Below, one piece after another: positions 52,640 to 62,608 of a stretch of DNA of 64,000 nucleotides. Under the pieces are notes generated by a model that was given only the letters and a program-made list of their open reading frames with translations, was not told where the DNA came from and did no database searches. The stretch is from Candidatus Kuenenbacteria bacterium HGW-Kuenenbacteria-1 (lineage in GTDB: Bacteria > Patescibacteriota > Patescibacteriia > UBA2591 > PGYQ01). Position 1 is the first letter of the stretch; each line of letters starts with the position of its first letter. The stretch spans positions 80,775-144,774 of the forward strand of contig PGYQ01000001.1 in NCBI GenBank assembly GCA_002839745.1. Direction: 5' to 3'. The position numbers were made by a program, and so were the translations under genes.

Positions 52640-53002
52640 TTATTTTAATTTTTCTTTTACCCATTCAACAATTTCAGCGATGGGTTTGTCAGATTTAACA
52701 AAAAAAGCTATCGCGCCTAATTCTATTGCACGTTTTTCATCATCTAACTGACCCAAATTAGTCAATACAGCCACTGGTATTTTAATTTTTATTTCCTTTA
52801 ATTTTTCTAATACTTGAAATCCATCCATTTTTGGCATAATTAAATCAAGTAAAATAAAATCTACTGTTTCTTTTTCAAGAAACAAAATAGCCTCTTTTCC
52901 ATTTTGTGCATTAATTACATCAAAACCTTCAAACTTAAGTTTAAATTTTAATGCATTTGCGATTGATTTTTCATCTTCTATAATAAGAATTCTTTTTGGC
53001 AT
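52640..53002 (-). CDS. Single-domain response regulator (receiver)
   Basis: ILIIEDE, LLDLIMPKMDG, LTN, FVK. Confidence 0.92.
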   Translation of the reverse strand: MPKRILIIEDEKSIANALKFKLKFEGFDVINAQNGKEAILFLEKETVDFILLDLIMPKMDGFQVLEKLKEIKIKIPVAVLTNLGQLDDEKRAIELGAIAFFVKSDKPIAEIVEWVKEKLK

Positions 53003-53112
53003 AAAAGTTAGCCATCAGGTTTTAACTGTTAGCTTAGGTTTAAATCATAAATCTAAAATCTTAAATTTCTAATTTAAAGACAAATAAGGGTGCTTCTATA
53101 TAAAATTACATT

Positions 53113-53493
53113 TTATAATTCCAATTTTTCTTTTACTTTTTGAACAACATCGTTAATTTTCCAATCTGATTTTACAAGATAACTATGGAATCCAAATAAC
53201 ATTGCTTCAGCCACTTTTTCACTATCACTTAAATTTGTCAACATAATTACCTTTGCATTTTTTCCCCATTCACTTTCTGTTCTTAATTTTTTTAGCATTG
53301 TGATGCCATCCATTACAGGCATTACAATGTCTAATAAAATTAAATCGGGTTTTTCTTGCAAAGCAATTTCAAACCCTTGCTCGCCATTTTTTGCATCAAA
53401 TACTGTGAATTCTTCAGATTCTAGTTTTTTATGAAGAATACTTAATAATGCTATTTCATCTTCTACAATAAGAATTCTTTTTTTTGTATTCAT
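53113..53493 (-). CDS. Single-domain response regulator (receiver)
   Basis: ILIVEDE, PDLILLDIVMPVMDG, MLTN, YLVK. Confidence 0.92.
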   Translation of the reverse strand: MNTKKRILIVEDEIALLSILHKKLESEEFTVFDAKNGEQGFEIALQEKPDLILLDIVMPVMDGITMLKKLRTESEWGKNAKVIMLTNLSDSEKVAEAMLFGFHSYLVKSDWKINDVVQKVKEKLEL

Positions 53494-53659
53494 AAAAATT
53501 AATTATTATAATAAAATTATTTATAGTTTATAGTATTTTAGAATTAAAACAAGGGTGTGTATAATATTAAAAACCAAAATTTAAATATTAAAAACCCAAT
53601 TATTGATTTTTAGATTATTTTTTGTTAATCTTTATATAATTTAACTTAGACTTATTTTT

Positions 53660-55090
53660 ATGTTCAGAAAAGAATCATATATTTTACGTGACTCTCAAGA
53701 AAACCAAAAAACTCATAATATTTTTTCAATTATTATAGAAGGTCAAGAAGAAAAAAATCTAGAAGAAAAAGAAAAATATCGTCAAAAACTAAAAAAAGAA
53801 ATGGAAAAAGGTTCAATAAATAAAGAGGCTAAAGATTTTTTATTTTCAGAATTTAAAATAGAAAAATCAAATGAAAATTTAAGTATTGATGAGCTGGTAG
53901 ATTTTTTGATTCCTAATAAATTTACCAAAAAAAAATCCGCGCCAACGCCAATAGAAACGTCTAAAATAAAAGAGGAACCACCTTTAAATGTTATTGAAAT
54001 AAATGATATTTTAATTCCAGCTAATAAAAACTTAATGCCAAGAAAAGAACAAAAGAACAATTATAACCAAGAAAAAATTAAAACTAAAAGTGGAAATAAA
54101 ATAGAAATGTTAACTAAACTATTAGAAAAAAATAATAAACCATATTTACGCATAAAGGGGGAAGTAGAAAAAGAAATGATGAGAAAAGAAGGTTATGAAA
54201 TGTTTGTTATCCCATTTTTTAAAAAAATGATTTTAGTTTGCAACGAAGAAAGAAATGCCACTTTTATAATTCATAAAATAGAAAATCCAGAATCTTTTGA
54301 TCCAATAAATCCAAAAACTTATTATGAAAATAATAAAGAGGCATTAAAATTTTATTATTCAATGACTAAAGATGAATTAAAAGCATTAAAAGGAATAGAA
54401 TTGGTAAGTTTAATTATTTGGTCTAATAAGGAAAAATGGGAAAATGATATTTTAAATATTTTAACTAAACAAATAGATCAAAAAATAGATCAAAAAGAAA
54501 TTTTAGAAATAATAAAAAAAGAAGAAAAATTAGAAAAAATTTCTGAAAGAGTAAAAGAATATCTTAGATCTCTTAATGATGGAGAATTAATGAAAAGTGG
54601 CTCTCAACTTTATAAAGAAGCTGAATTTCATGGGGAAAAAATTGATTTAAAAAGCGCAGGTTATTCTTTTGGCGCATTTCAATCATTATTGACGGAAATA
54701 AGAATAGAAAAAGGAATAAAATTATTTTGTGATCAAGTAAAAGAATATCTTGAATCTCTTCCTAATAAAGAATTAAAAAAAAGTAATCTTTTACTTCATC
54801 AAAAAGTTATAGAAAAATTTAAAGTTACTAGTGAAAGATATCCGCTTAAAACATTTGAAAGCATATTAAGTAATGTAAGAGTAGAAAAAGAAATAAAATT
54901 ATATTGGGAAGACGTAAAAAAAGAACTTATTTCTTTATCTGCTAAAGAATTAAGCCAAAAAAGTTCGTATTTTTATAAAAAAATTCAAGAAAAACTTGGA
55001 TTTACTGAAAACGATTATTCGTTTAGTGCATTTAGATATATATTAGGAAAAGTCCGAAATAAAAATAACAAAAACACAAAATTAATCTAA
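53660..55090 (+). CDS. Hypothetical protein with three C-terminal repeats of about 60 aa
   Basis: VKEYLxSL..EL.KS...Y...F..IL..VR repeated three times. Confidence 0.65.
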   Translation: MFRKESYILRDSQENQKTHNIFSIIIEGQEEKNLEEKEKYRQKLKKEMEKGSINKEAKDFLFSEFKIEKSNENLSIDELVDFLIPNKFTKKKSAPTPIETSKIKEEPPLNVIEINDILIPANKNLMPRKEQKNNYNQEKIKTKSGNKIEMLTKLLEKNNKPYLRIKGEVEKEMMRKEGYEMFVIPFFKKMILVCNEERNATFIIHKIENPESFDPINPKTYYENNKEALKFYYSMTKDELKALKGIELVSLIIWSNKEKWENDILNILTKQIDQKIDQKEILEIIKKEEKLEKISERVKEYLRSLNDGELMKSGSQLYKEAEFHGEKIDLKSAGYSFGAFQSLLTEIRIEKGIKLFCDQVKEYLESLPNKELKKSNLLLHQKVIEKFKVTSERYPLKTFESILSNVRVEKEIKLYWEDVKKELISLSAKELSQKSSYFYKKIQEKLGFTENDYSFSAFRYILGKVRNKNNKNTKLI

Positions 55091-55098
55091 TTTTTCTT

Positions 55099-57744
55099 AT
55101 GAACAAAACTTACGAACCACAAAATTACGAAGATAAAATTTACCAGAAATGGGAAAATAGCGGTTATTTTAATCCAGATAAATGTGTTAAAGATGGAATA
55201 GCGGATAAAAACGCGCCAACTTATACAATTATTTTACCACCGCCAAATATAACAGCAAAATTACATTTAGGACATTCTGCGATGTTGGCAATTGAAGATT
55301 TAATGATTCGTTATCATAGAATGAAAGGCGATCAAACATTATGGTTGCCTGGAACCGATCATGCTGCAATTGCAACGCAAAATGCTGTTGAGAAAAAAAT
55401 ATTTAAAGAACAAGGTTTGACTCGTCATGATTTAGGTAGAGAAAAACTTCTTGAAGAAATTTGGATATTTTTAAAAGAAACGCAATCAACAATTTTAAAA
55501 CAAATGAGAAAAATGGGTGCTTCTTTAGATTGGTCGCGCGAAGCTTTTACTTTTGATAAACAAAGAGAAAAAGCAGTTACAAAAATGTTTGTTGATATGT
55601 ATGAAGCAGGTGTAATTTATAAAGGAGAAAGAATTGTAAATTGGTGTCCTAGATGCCATTCTACTTTAGCTGATGATGAAGTTGAATATAAAGAACAAAA
55701 AACAAAATTATATTTTTTCAAATATAGTAAAGATTTTCCTTTTACAATTGCAACTACTCGGCCAGAAACAAAATTAGGAGATACAGCAGTTGCAGTTAAT
55801 CCAAAAGATGACAGATATAAAAAATATATTGGAAAAATTTATGAAATAGATTTTTTAGGTGTTATTTTAAAATTAAAAATTATTGCAGATTATAATGTTG
55901 AAATGGAATTTGGAACAGGAGCTCTAGGTGTAACACCAGCTCACTCTGCAGTTGATTGGCAAATGGCTGAAAAAAATAATTTAGAAATAATTAAAGTAAT
56001 AGATGAAAATGGAAAAATCAGACAGGGATTTAATGAATTTTCAAATAAAAATGTTTTAGAAGCGCGAGAAATGATTGTTGAAAAATTAAAACAGCAAAAT
56101 TTATTAGAAAAAGAAGAAGAAATAAATAATAATTTATCAATTTGTTATCGTTGCAACACACCAATTGAACCATTGCCATCAAAACAATGGTTTGTTAATG
56201 TAAATAAAAAATTAGAAAGATTAGGAAATAAATCATTAAAAGAAAAAGCAATTGAAGTTGCAAAAAATAAAGAAATAAAATTTATTCCTGAAAGGTTTGA
56301 AAAAAGATATTTAGATTGGATGGAAAATTTGCATGATTGGTGCATTTCAAGACAAATTTGGTTTGGACATCAGATTCCTGTTTGGTATAAAAGTAAGTTT
56401 AAAGATAATGATGAAATTTATGTTGGTATTGAAAAACCAAAAGAAGATAATTGGACTCAAGATCCAGATACTTTGGACACTTGGTTTTCTTCTGGCATGT
56501 GGACTTTTTCAACATTAGGATGGCCTGATACTTTTAAAAAAAATAAAAAATCAGGAGATTTAGCGAAATTTCATTCAACGCAAGTTTTGGAAACTGGATA
56601 TGAAATTTTAACGCTTTGGGTTTCGCGGATGATTATGATGTCTTTATTTGCTATTCAAGAAATTCCTTTTGAAAATGTTTATTTGCATGGAATGATTTTA
56701 GATAAAAATGGGAAAAAAATGAGCAAATCAAAAGGTAATGGAATTGATCCAATTGATATGATTGAAAAATTTGGCGCTGATGCTGTTCGTTTATCAATGT
56801 TAATTGGAAATACCCCTGGCAATGACGCGCGATTAAGCGAAGAAAAAATTGAAGGATTTAGAAATTTTATTAATAAGTTGTGGAATATTTCAAGGTTTAT
56901 AATAAGTCAAAAATCTATAAAGTTGAAAGTTGAAAAATTAGAAATAAAAATCGAAAAAGAATGTTTAACTTTGGCTGATGTTTGGATTTTGAATAAATTT
57001 AATAATTTAATAAAAAAAGTTGACGATGATTTAAATAATTATAATTTTTCACAAGCTGGTGAAAAATTAAAAGAATTTACTTGGAATGATTTTGCTGATT
57101 GGTATTTAGAAATAAGTAAGTTTGAAAAAAATGAAGAAAAAAATGAAATATTATTTTATATTTTAGAAAATTTATTAAAACTTTGGCATCCATTTATTCC
57201 TTTTATTACTGAAGTTATTTGGCAAGAATTAAGCGAGCGAAAATTTTTAATGATAGAAAAATGGCCAACCCAATTTGTTGTAAAAAAAAATAATATAGGA
57301 AATGATTTTGAAATAATTAAAAATATTATTATTGCTATTCGTAATGTGCGATCTGAAAATAAAATTGAACCTTCTCAAAAAATTAAAGTAATAATTTATG
57401 CTAACAAAAAAATTGAGTTAATAAAAAATCAAATTCATTTAATTAAAAGTTTGCGAACAAATATAAATGAAATAGAAGTTAAAGATAAAGGAGAAAAAAT
57501 ATCTCAGGCAATTTATATTTCTGTTGATGAGATTGAAATTTATTTATTAGCAGAAATAGATGTTGAAAAAGAAAAAGCAAGAAAAGAAAAAGAAATTAAT
57601 AATTTAGAAAAAATAATAAAAACAGTTAAGAATAAATTAAGTAATCAAGAATTTATTAAAAAAGCGCCAAAACAAATTATTAAACAAGAAAAAGAAAAAT
57701 TAGAATTATGGCAAACAGAATTAAAAAATTTAAAATTTTTATAA
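55099..57744 (+). CDS. valS: Valine--tRNA ligase
   Basis: PPPNIT..LHLGH, PGTDHAAIATQ, TTRPET, DWCISRQIWFGH, KMSKS, C-terminal coiled coil. Confidence 0.97.
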   Translation: MNKTYEPQNYEDKIYQKWENSGYFNPDKCVKDGIADKNAPTYTIILPPPNITAKLHLGHSAMLAIEDLMIRYHRMKGDQTLWLPGTDHAAIATQNAVEKKIFKEQGLTRHDLGREKLLEEIWIFLKETQSTILKQMRKMGASLDWSREAFTFDKQREKAVTKMFVDMYEAGVIYKGERIVNWCPRCHSTLADDEVEYKEQKTKLYFFKYSKDFPFTIATTRPETKLGDTAVAVNPKDDRYKKYIGKIYEIDFLGVILKLKIIADYNVEMEFGTGALGVTPAHSAVDWQMAEKNNLEIIKVIDENGKIRQGFNEFSNKNVLEAREMIVEKLKQQNLLEKEEEINNNLSICYRCNTPIEPLPSKQWFVNVNKKLERLGNKSLKEKAIEVAKNKEIKFIPERFEKRYLDWMENLHDWCISRQIWFGHQIPVWYKSKFKDNDEIYVGIEKPKEDNWTQDPDTLDTWFSSGMWTFSTLGWPDTFKKNKKSGDLAKFHSTQVLETGYEILTLWVSRMIMMSLFAIQEIPFENVYLHGMILDKNGKKMSKSKGNGIDPIDMIEKFGADAVRLSMLIGNTPGNDARLSEEKIEGFRNFINKLWNISRFIISQKSIKLKVEKLEIKIEKECLTLADVWILNKFNNLIKKVDDDLNNYNFSQAGEKLKEFTWNDFADWYLEISKFEKNEEKNEILFYILENLLKLWHPFIPFITEVIWQELSERKFLMIEKWPTQFVVKKNNIGNDFEIIKNIIIAIRNVRSENKIEPSQKIKVIIYANKKIELIKNQIHLIKSLRTNINEIEVKDKGEKISQAIYISVDEIEIYLLAEIDVEKEKARKEKEINNLEKIIKTVKNKLSNQEFIKKAPKQIIKQEKEKLELWQTELKNLKFL

Positions 57745-57745
57745 T

Positions 57746-60256
57746 ATGAAATTGAAAATTAGAAAAATAAAAGAAAAAGAAAACGAAACTTTAGATAAAA
57801 AACAGCTTCATTTAGTTAATCTTAAAATTTTAAAAAAGAAAAAAAATATTTTTTCTTTTTTAAAATATATTATATATTCACAAAAAATAATTCATAAGAT
57901 AAAAATTTTTTTACAAAATTTAATATCCTTAAAAAAAATAAAATATGAATTTTCTGAATCTAAAAAAGCATTATTTTTTTATACACAAAAATTTTTTATC
58001 TCCTTTAAAACTCTCTTATTTAAATTTCCTTTAATAATTAAATTAATAAACATAAAACATTTATTCAATGTTTTTTTAACAAAACTTGCCTTTATTGAAA
58101 ATCAATGTCTTTCTTTTATTATAATAATATATAAAAAAACTACAAACAAAAAACATTTAAATATTCCATTTAAAAAAGAACTGCCTTTAAAAAGTATTCC
58201 ATTAAAAAAAATAGAATCTCAAAAAACAATCATAAAAAAAATAAACAAACATCACTCTTTTGTACAAAATTTAATATTTCTAATAAAAAAAATTTTTAAT
58301 ATTCCTTTATTTTTCCAACAAATTTCACATATTTCTTTTAAAAAATTAAAAATAAATCCTTTTAAGGATTTGCAAAGAAAATTTAACAATGTAAACCCTA
58401 TTAAATACAAAGTAATTTTTACAGAACAAAAATTATTTAATAAAATAAAACCTCTTTTAATTTTTATTTTAATTGCTTTTATTTTTGTTTTTTCGCTTTA
58501 TTTTTTATTTTTAAAACAAAAATCTCAAAACCCTATAAAAGAAACTAAAAAAAATATTGTAGAATTAACCAATGAAATTGGTTTATCTAATTTTATTTTA
58601 AATCAACAACAATTAAACCAGATAATTAAATTATTACCTGCTAATTCAAAAAATCGCGCTTTATTTAAAGCTGAAAAATATTTATCAGAATCTGAAAAAT
58701 ATTTAATTTCCGCCTTAAATAAAGAAGGAATAAAAAAAGGAACTCCTTGTGAACAAATAACTGATTTTCAAAATAATTTATTAATAGCTTTGCCTAAAAT
58801 TCAAATTGCTAATTATTATTTAACTCAAGTTAAATTTGAAACAATTCCCAAACAAAACAGAAATGAATTTAATCAAGTAAAAATTTATTTATCAAAATTA
58901 GAAAATAATATTCAAGAATTTTTAGATTATTCAAAAATATTATTAAAAATACTTGGACACGAAAAAAAACAACGCTATTTAATTATTTTTCAAAATGATG
59001 ATAAAATACGCCCTACTGGCGGATCTATAGAAGCTTTTATTTTGGTTGATGTTAATCAAGGTATAATTAAAAAAGTAGAAACACAAGATCTTGCGTTTCT
59101 TGAACAACAAAATAATTTAATTCAACCGCCATATCCTTTGCGTCTTATTAATTCTTCTTGGCAAGCCCAAGACGCTAATTGGTTTCTTGATTTCCCTACT
59201 TCTGCTCAAAAAATTATTTCGTTTTATCAAAAATTAGAAAACTTTAATAAAAAAATTGATGGAGTAATTAGTTTAAACGCAAATTTAATTTCTAAAATTT
59301 TAGAAATTTACGGACCAACTAAAACTTCGCAATCTTCTATTTCTGATTTTATTCCTGAATTGTTAAATAAAATTTTGTCTTCTCAAAATAATCCAGAACA
59401 ATTTTTAAAAACTCTTGGGGTTTTAAATGAATCTTTATCTAAAAAAGATATAATGTTTTATTTTGATAATTTTGATTTACAAAAAGATATTTCAAAAAAT
59501 AATTGGAGCGGAGAAATAAAATCAATAAATAATGGGGATTATTTAGCTATTGTTAATGCTAATATTAATGGAGGATCGGATAAAAATATTAAACAATCAG
59601 TTAATTTGCAAACACAAATTTTAGACGATGGCGTAATTATTAATACAGTAAAAATTACTAGAACATATCTCGAAAGCGATGATTTTGCTAAAAATCTTAA
59701 TTATGTAAGAATTTATGTTCCAAAAGGAAGTACTTTTCTTGAAATAAAAGGATTTAAAAAACTTTTAACGTCTGAGTTTAAAATTTCTTCAGAAGAAACT
59801 TTAATAGATAAAGATTTATTAAAAATTCAAAAACAAATGTTAATTGATGAAGCCACTGAAACAAGAATTAATCAAGAATTTGATAAAACAGTTTTTGGTA
59901 ATTGGATTGAAGTTGAATCAGGAAAGTCTGCAACAATTACATTTAAATATAAATTACCTTTTAAATTTGAAGATTTAAAAACAAATTTAAATTCGCCAAA
60001 ATTTTTCCAACAATTTTATAAAAAAATAGCAAAAAATTTTAATTTAATTGATGAAACATTGCCTTATCAGCTTTTAATTCAAAAACAATCAGGAAGCAAA
60101 GATGATGTTTGGAAATATTCCATTAATTTACCAATAAATTGGCAATTAGTATGGCAAAATTTTCCTATTGATTTTTTAGAAAAAGACAATCAAATTGAAT
60201 TTAATTCTTTTTTAAACCAAGACCAACTTTGGACAATGCTGTTAAAGAAATTATAA
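57746..60256 (+). CDS. DUF4012-like membrane-anchored protein with a long basic low-complexity N-terminus
   Basis: YLIIFQN..IRPTGG, DANWFLDFPTSA, IDGVI, YVRIYVPKGS, LLIQKQSG. Confidence 0.7.
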   Translation: MKLKIRKIKEKENETLDKKQLHLVNLKILKKKKNIFSFLKYIIYSQKIIHKIKIFLQNLISLKKIKYEFSESKKALFFYTQKFFISFKTLLFKFPLIIKLINIKHLFNVFLTKLAFIENQCLSFIIIIYKKTTNKKHLNIPFKKELPLKSIPLKKIESQKTIIKKINKHHSFVQNLIFLIKKIFNIPLFFQQISHISFKKLKINPFKDLQRKFNNVNPIKYKVIFTEQKLFNKIKPLLIFILIAFIFVFSLYFLFLKQKSQNPIKETKKNIVELTNEIGLSNFILNQQQLNQIIKLLPANSKNRALFKAEKYLSESEKYLISALNKEGIKKGTPCEQITDFQNNLLIALPKIQIANYYLTQVKFETIPKQNRNEFNQVKIYLSKLENNIQEFLDYSKILLKILGHEKKQRYLIIFQNDDKIRPTGGSIEAFILVDVNQGIIKKVETQDLAFLEQQNNLIQPPYPLRLINSSWQAQDANWFLDFPTSAQKIISFYQKLENFNKKIDGVISLNANLISKILEIYGPTKTSQSSISDFIPELLNKILSSQNNPEQFLKTLGVLNESLSKKDIMFYFDNFDLQKDISKNNWSGEIKSINNGDYLAIVNANINGGSDKNIKQSVNLQTQILDDGVIINTVKITRTYLESDDFAKNLNYVRIYVPKGSTFLEIKGFKKLLTSEFKISSEETLIDKDLLKIQKQMLIDEATETRINQEFDKTVFGNWIEVESGKSATITFKYKLPFKFEDLKTNLNSPKFFQQFYKKIAKNFNLIDETLPYQLLIQKQSGSKDDVWKYSINLPINWQLVWQNFPIDFLEKDNQIEFNSFLNQDQLWTMLLKKL

Positions 60257-60310
60257 ATTTTAAATTAAAGAATTTGTACTTTTCACTTTTATTTTCTAAA
60301 ACCTAATTTT

Positions 60311-61468
60311 ATGGATATTAGAAATTTTTGTATCATCGCTCATATTGATCATGGAAAATCGACTCTTGCCGATCGATTTTTAGAATTGACAAAAACTATA
60401 GATAAATTAAAAATGCACTCTCAATTTTTAGATCAAATGGATTTAGAAAGAGAAAAAGGAATTACTATTAAACTTCAACCAGTTCAACTTGACTACAATC
60501 TCCAATCTATAAACTATAAATTAAATTTAATAGACACGCCAGGACATGTTGATTTTGGTTACGAAGTTTCTAGATCTTTGGCCGCAGTAGAAGGAGTTCT
60601 TTTATTAGTAGACGCTACTCAAGGAATTCAAGCACAAACTTTGGCTAATTTACATTTAGCTTTAGAACAAAATTTATTTATTATTCCAGTAATAAATAAA
60701 ATTGATCTACCTAATGCTCAACCAGAAAAAACAGCTGAAGAAATAAAACAATTATTAGATCGCGAATCATTGTCAAATATTAGTTGCTCGCCATTTTTTA
60801 TTTCTGCAAAAACAGGCGAAGGTGTCGAACAACTTTTGTGTTCAATAGTTAAATATATCCCCACACCATCTATAAATTTAGATAAACCTTTTAGAGCTTT
60901 AATTTTTGATTCGGTTTATGATGAATATAAAGGAGTGATTGTTTATGTTCGGATTGTTGATGGAAAAATAGAAAAAGGAGATCAAATTGAATTTATGGGA
61001 ACTAAAAAACAAGGAGAGGCTTTAGAAGTAGGAGTTTTTAAGCCTAATTTTTTTCCAAAAAACAGATTAGAATCTGGCGAGATTGGCTACATTGCTACTG
61101 GATTAAAAGATATTGGTAATTGTAAAGTTGGCGATACAATTATAAATCCCAAAAACCAAATAATGAACAATAAACAAATTGAGGCTTTGCCTGGCTATAA
61201 AGAAGCTAAATCAATGGTTTTTGCTGGCTTATTTTGTAAAGATGGGAGTGATTATTCAAAATTTAGAGAAGCATTGGATAAATACAAATTAACTGATGCC
61301 AGTTTATTTTATGAACCAGAGGTCTCTCAAGCTTTAGGATTTGGTTTCCGTTGCGGATTTTTAGGAATGTTACATTTAGAAATTGTTCAAGAACGTCTAC
61401 ATAGAGAATATGGACTAGATCTTGTAATTACTACTCCCAGCGTGGCATATAAAATAATTTTAAAATAA
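60311..61468 (+). CDS. lepA: Elongation factor 4 (LepA), N-terminal 385 aa only
   Basis: IRNFCIIAHIDHGKSTLADR, LIDTPGHVDF, GFRCGFLGMLHLEIVQERL; stops at VITTPSVAYKIILK*. Confidence 0.9.
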   Translation: MDIRNFCIIAHIDHGKSTLADRFLELTKTIDKLKMHSQFLDQMDLEREKGITIKLQPVQLDYNLQSINYKLNLIDTPGHVDFGYEVSRSLAAVEGVLLLVDATQGIQAQTLANLHLALEQNLFIIPVINKIDLPNAQPEKTAEEIKQLLDRESLSNISCSPFFISAKTGEGVEQLLCSIVKYIPTPSINLDKPFRALIFDSVYDEYKGVIVYVRIVDGKIEKGDQIEFMGTKKQGEALEVGVFKPNFFPKNRLESGEIGYIATGLKDIGNCKVGDTIINPKNQIMNNKQIEALPGYKEAKSMVFAGLFCKDGSDYSKFREALDKYKLTDASLFYEPEVSQALGFGFRCGFLGMLHLEIVQERLHREYGLDLVITTPSVAYKIILK

Positions 61469-61480
61469 ATTATTAAAAAA

Positions 61481-61544
61481 TGTCGGGAGTTCAACTTCTG
61501 ACACTAATCTTTTAACTATTACAAAATTTGTCTTACAAATTTTG
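61481..61544. repeat. Two palindromes between truncated lepA and rmuC
   Basis: tgtcgggagtt-c-aacttctgaca; caaaatttgt-ctt-acaaattttg. Confidence 0.75.
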
Positions 61545-61552
61545 CCTATTTT

Positions 61553-62578
61553 ATGCAAATTTCAATGATGATTTTTATCGCAATAATTGCTGTTTTATTA
61601 ATCGCCGGATTTGGCGCGTTTTTTTATTTATTAAATAAAAAATTTCAAGAATTAACAGAAAAACAAAAAAATGATCCAACAATAAATTTACTTAATCAAA
61701 ATATTCAGGGCATACAATCAAATATACAATCAAATATTCAGGGCATGCAATCCAATATGCAAAATATGCAATCAAATATGCATTTACAATTAAGCAAAAC
61801 CACGGAAGCGATCAATCAACGACTGGATAACGCGGCAAAAATTATTAACGGAGTAAACAAAGAATTAGGACAAATGCAAGAAGTAGGAAGACAAATGAAA
61901 GATTTACAAGATTTTTTGCGTTCGCCAAAATTACGAGGAAATATTGGAGAACAAGTTTTGCGAGATTTATTAGAACAATTTTTTTCTAAAAAGCATTTTG
62001 AATTACAATACAAATTTCGCGAAGGTCAAATTGTTGATGCGATTATTAAAACCGATAAAGGAATAATTCCAATTGATTCTAAATTTCCAATGGAAAATTT
62101 TCAAAAAATGTTTAAAACAGAGTCAGAAAAAGAAAAAAATAATTTTTCGCGAGAATTTATTAAAGATGTAAAAAAACACATAAATGATATTAGTAAAAAA
62201 TATATTTTACCTCAAGAAGGCACAATTGATTTTGCGGTAATGTATATTCCTTCAGAAACTATTTATTATGAAATCATTAGAAACGACGAAAACTTAAATA
62301 CTTTTGCTCAAGAAAAAAAAGTTTTAATTGTTTCACCAAATAGTTTTTATTATTTTTTAAGAGTAATAATGATTGGAATGGAAGGCAAACGAATTGAAGA
62401 AGCGAGTAAAATAATCCTTCAAACATTAAACGCGATTCAAAAAGATTCTATTAGGTTTGGAGAAAATTTGGGAGTTTTAACGACACATATCACAAATGCT
62501 AAATCGGCTATTGATCGCGTTAATAATGAATATTCTAAATTGTCCGGCAAAATTGATCAAGTTAAATTATTAAAATAA
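61553..62578 (+). CDS. rmuC: DNA recombination protein RmuC
   Basis: N-terminal TM and coiled coil; PKLRGNIGE, VDAII, IPIDSKFP, KYI, FAVMYIPSE, VSP. Confidence 0.9.
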   Translation: MQISMMIFIAIIAVLLIAGFGAFFYLLNKKFQELTEKQKNDPTINLLNQNIQGIQSNIQSNIQGMQSNMQNMQSNMHLQLSKTTEAINQRLDNAAKIINGVNKELGQMQEVGRQMKDLQDFLRSPKLRGNIGEQVLRDLLEQFFSKKHFELQYKFREGQIVDAIIKTDKGIIPIDSKFPMENFQKMFKTESEKEKNNFSREFIKDVKKHINDISKKYILPQEGTIDFAVMYIPSETIYYEIIRNDENLNTFAQEKKVLIVSPNSFYYFLRVIMIGMEGKRIEEASKIILQTLNAIQKDSIRFGENLGVLTTHITNAKSAIDRVNNEYSKLSGKIDQVKLLK

Positions 62579-62581
62579 AAA

Positions 62582-62602
62582 GTACAGGGTTCAACCCCGT
62601 AC
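62582..62602. repeat. GTTCAAC-centred palindrome between convergent rmuC and der
   Basis: gtacagggtt-c-aaccccgtac. Confidence 0.7.
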
Positions 62603-62608
62603 ATTTTA

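Noticed and set aside
61440..61552. Programmed frameshift or readthrough completing LepA
   Set aside because: No LepA-like sequence follows in any frame; rmuC starts 84 bp later.
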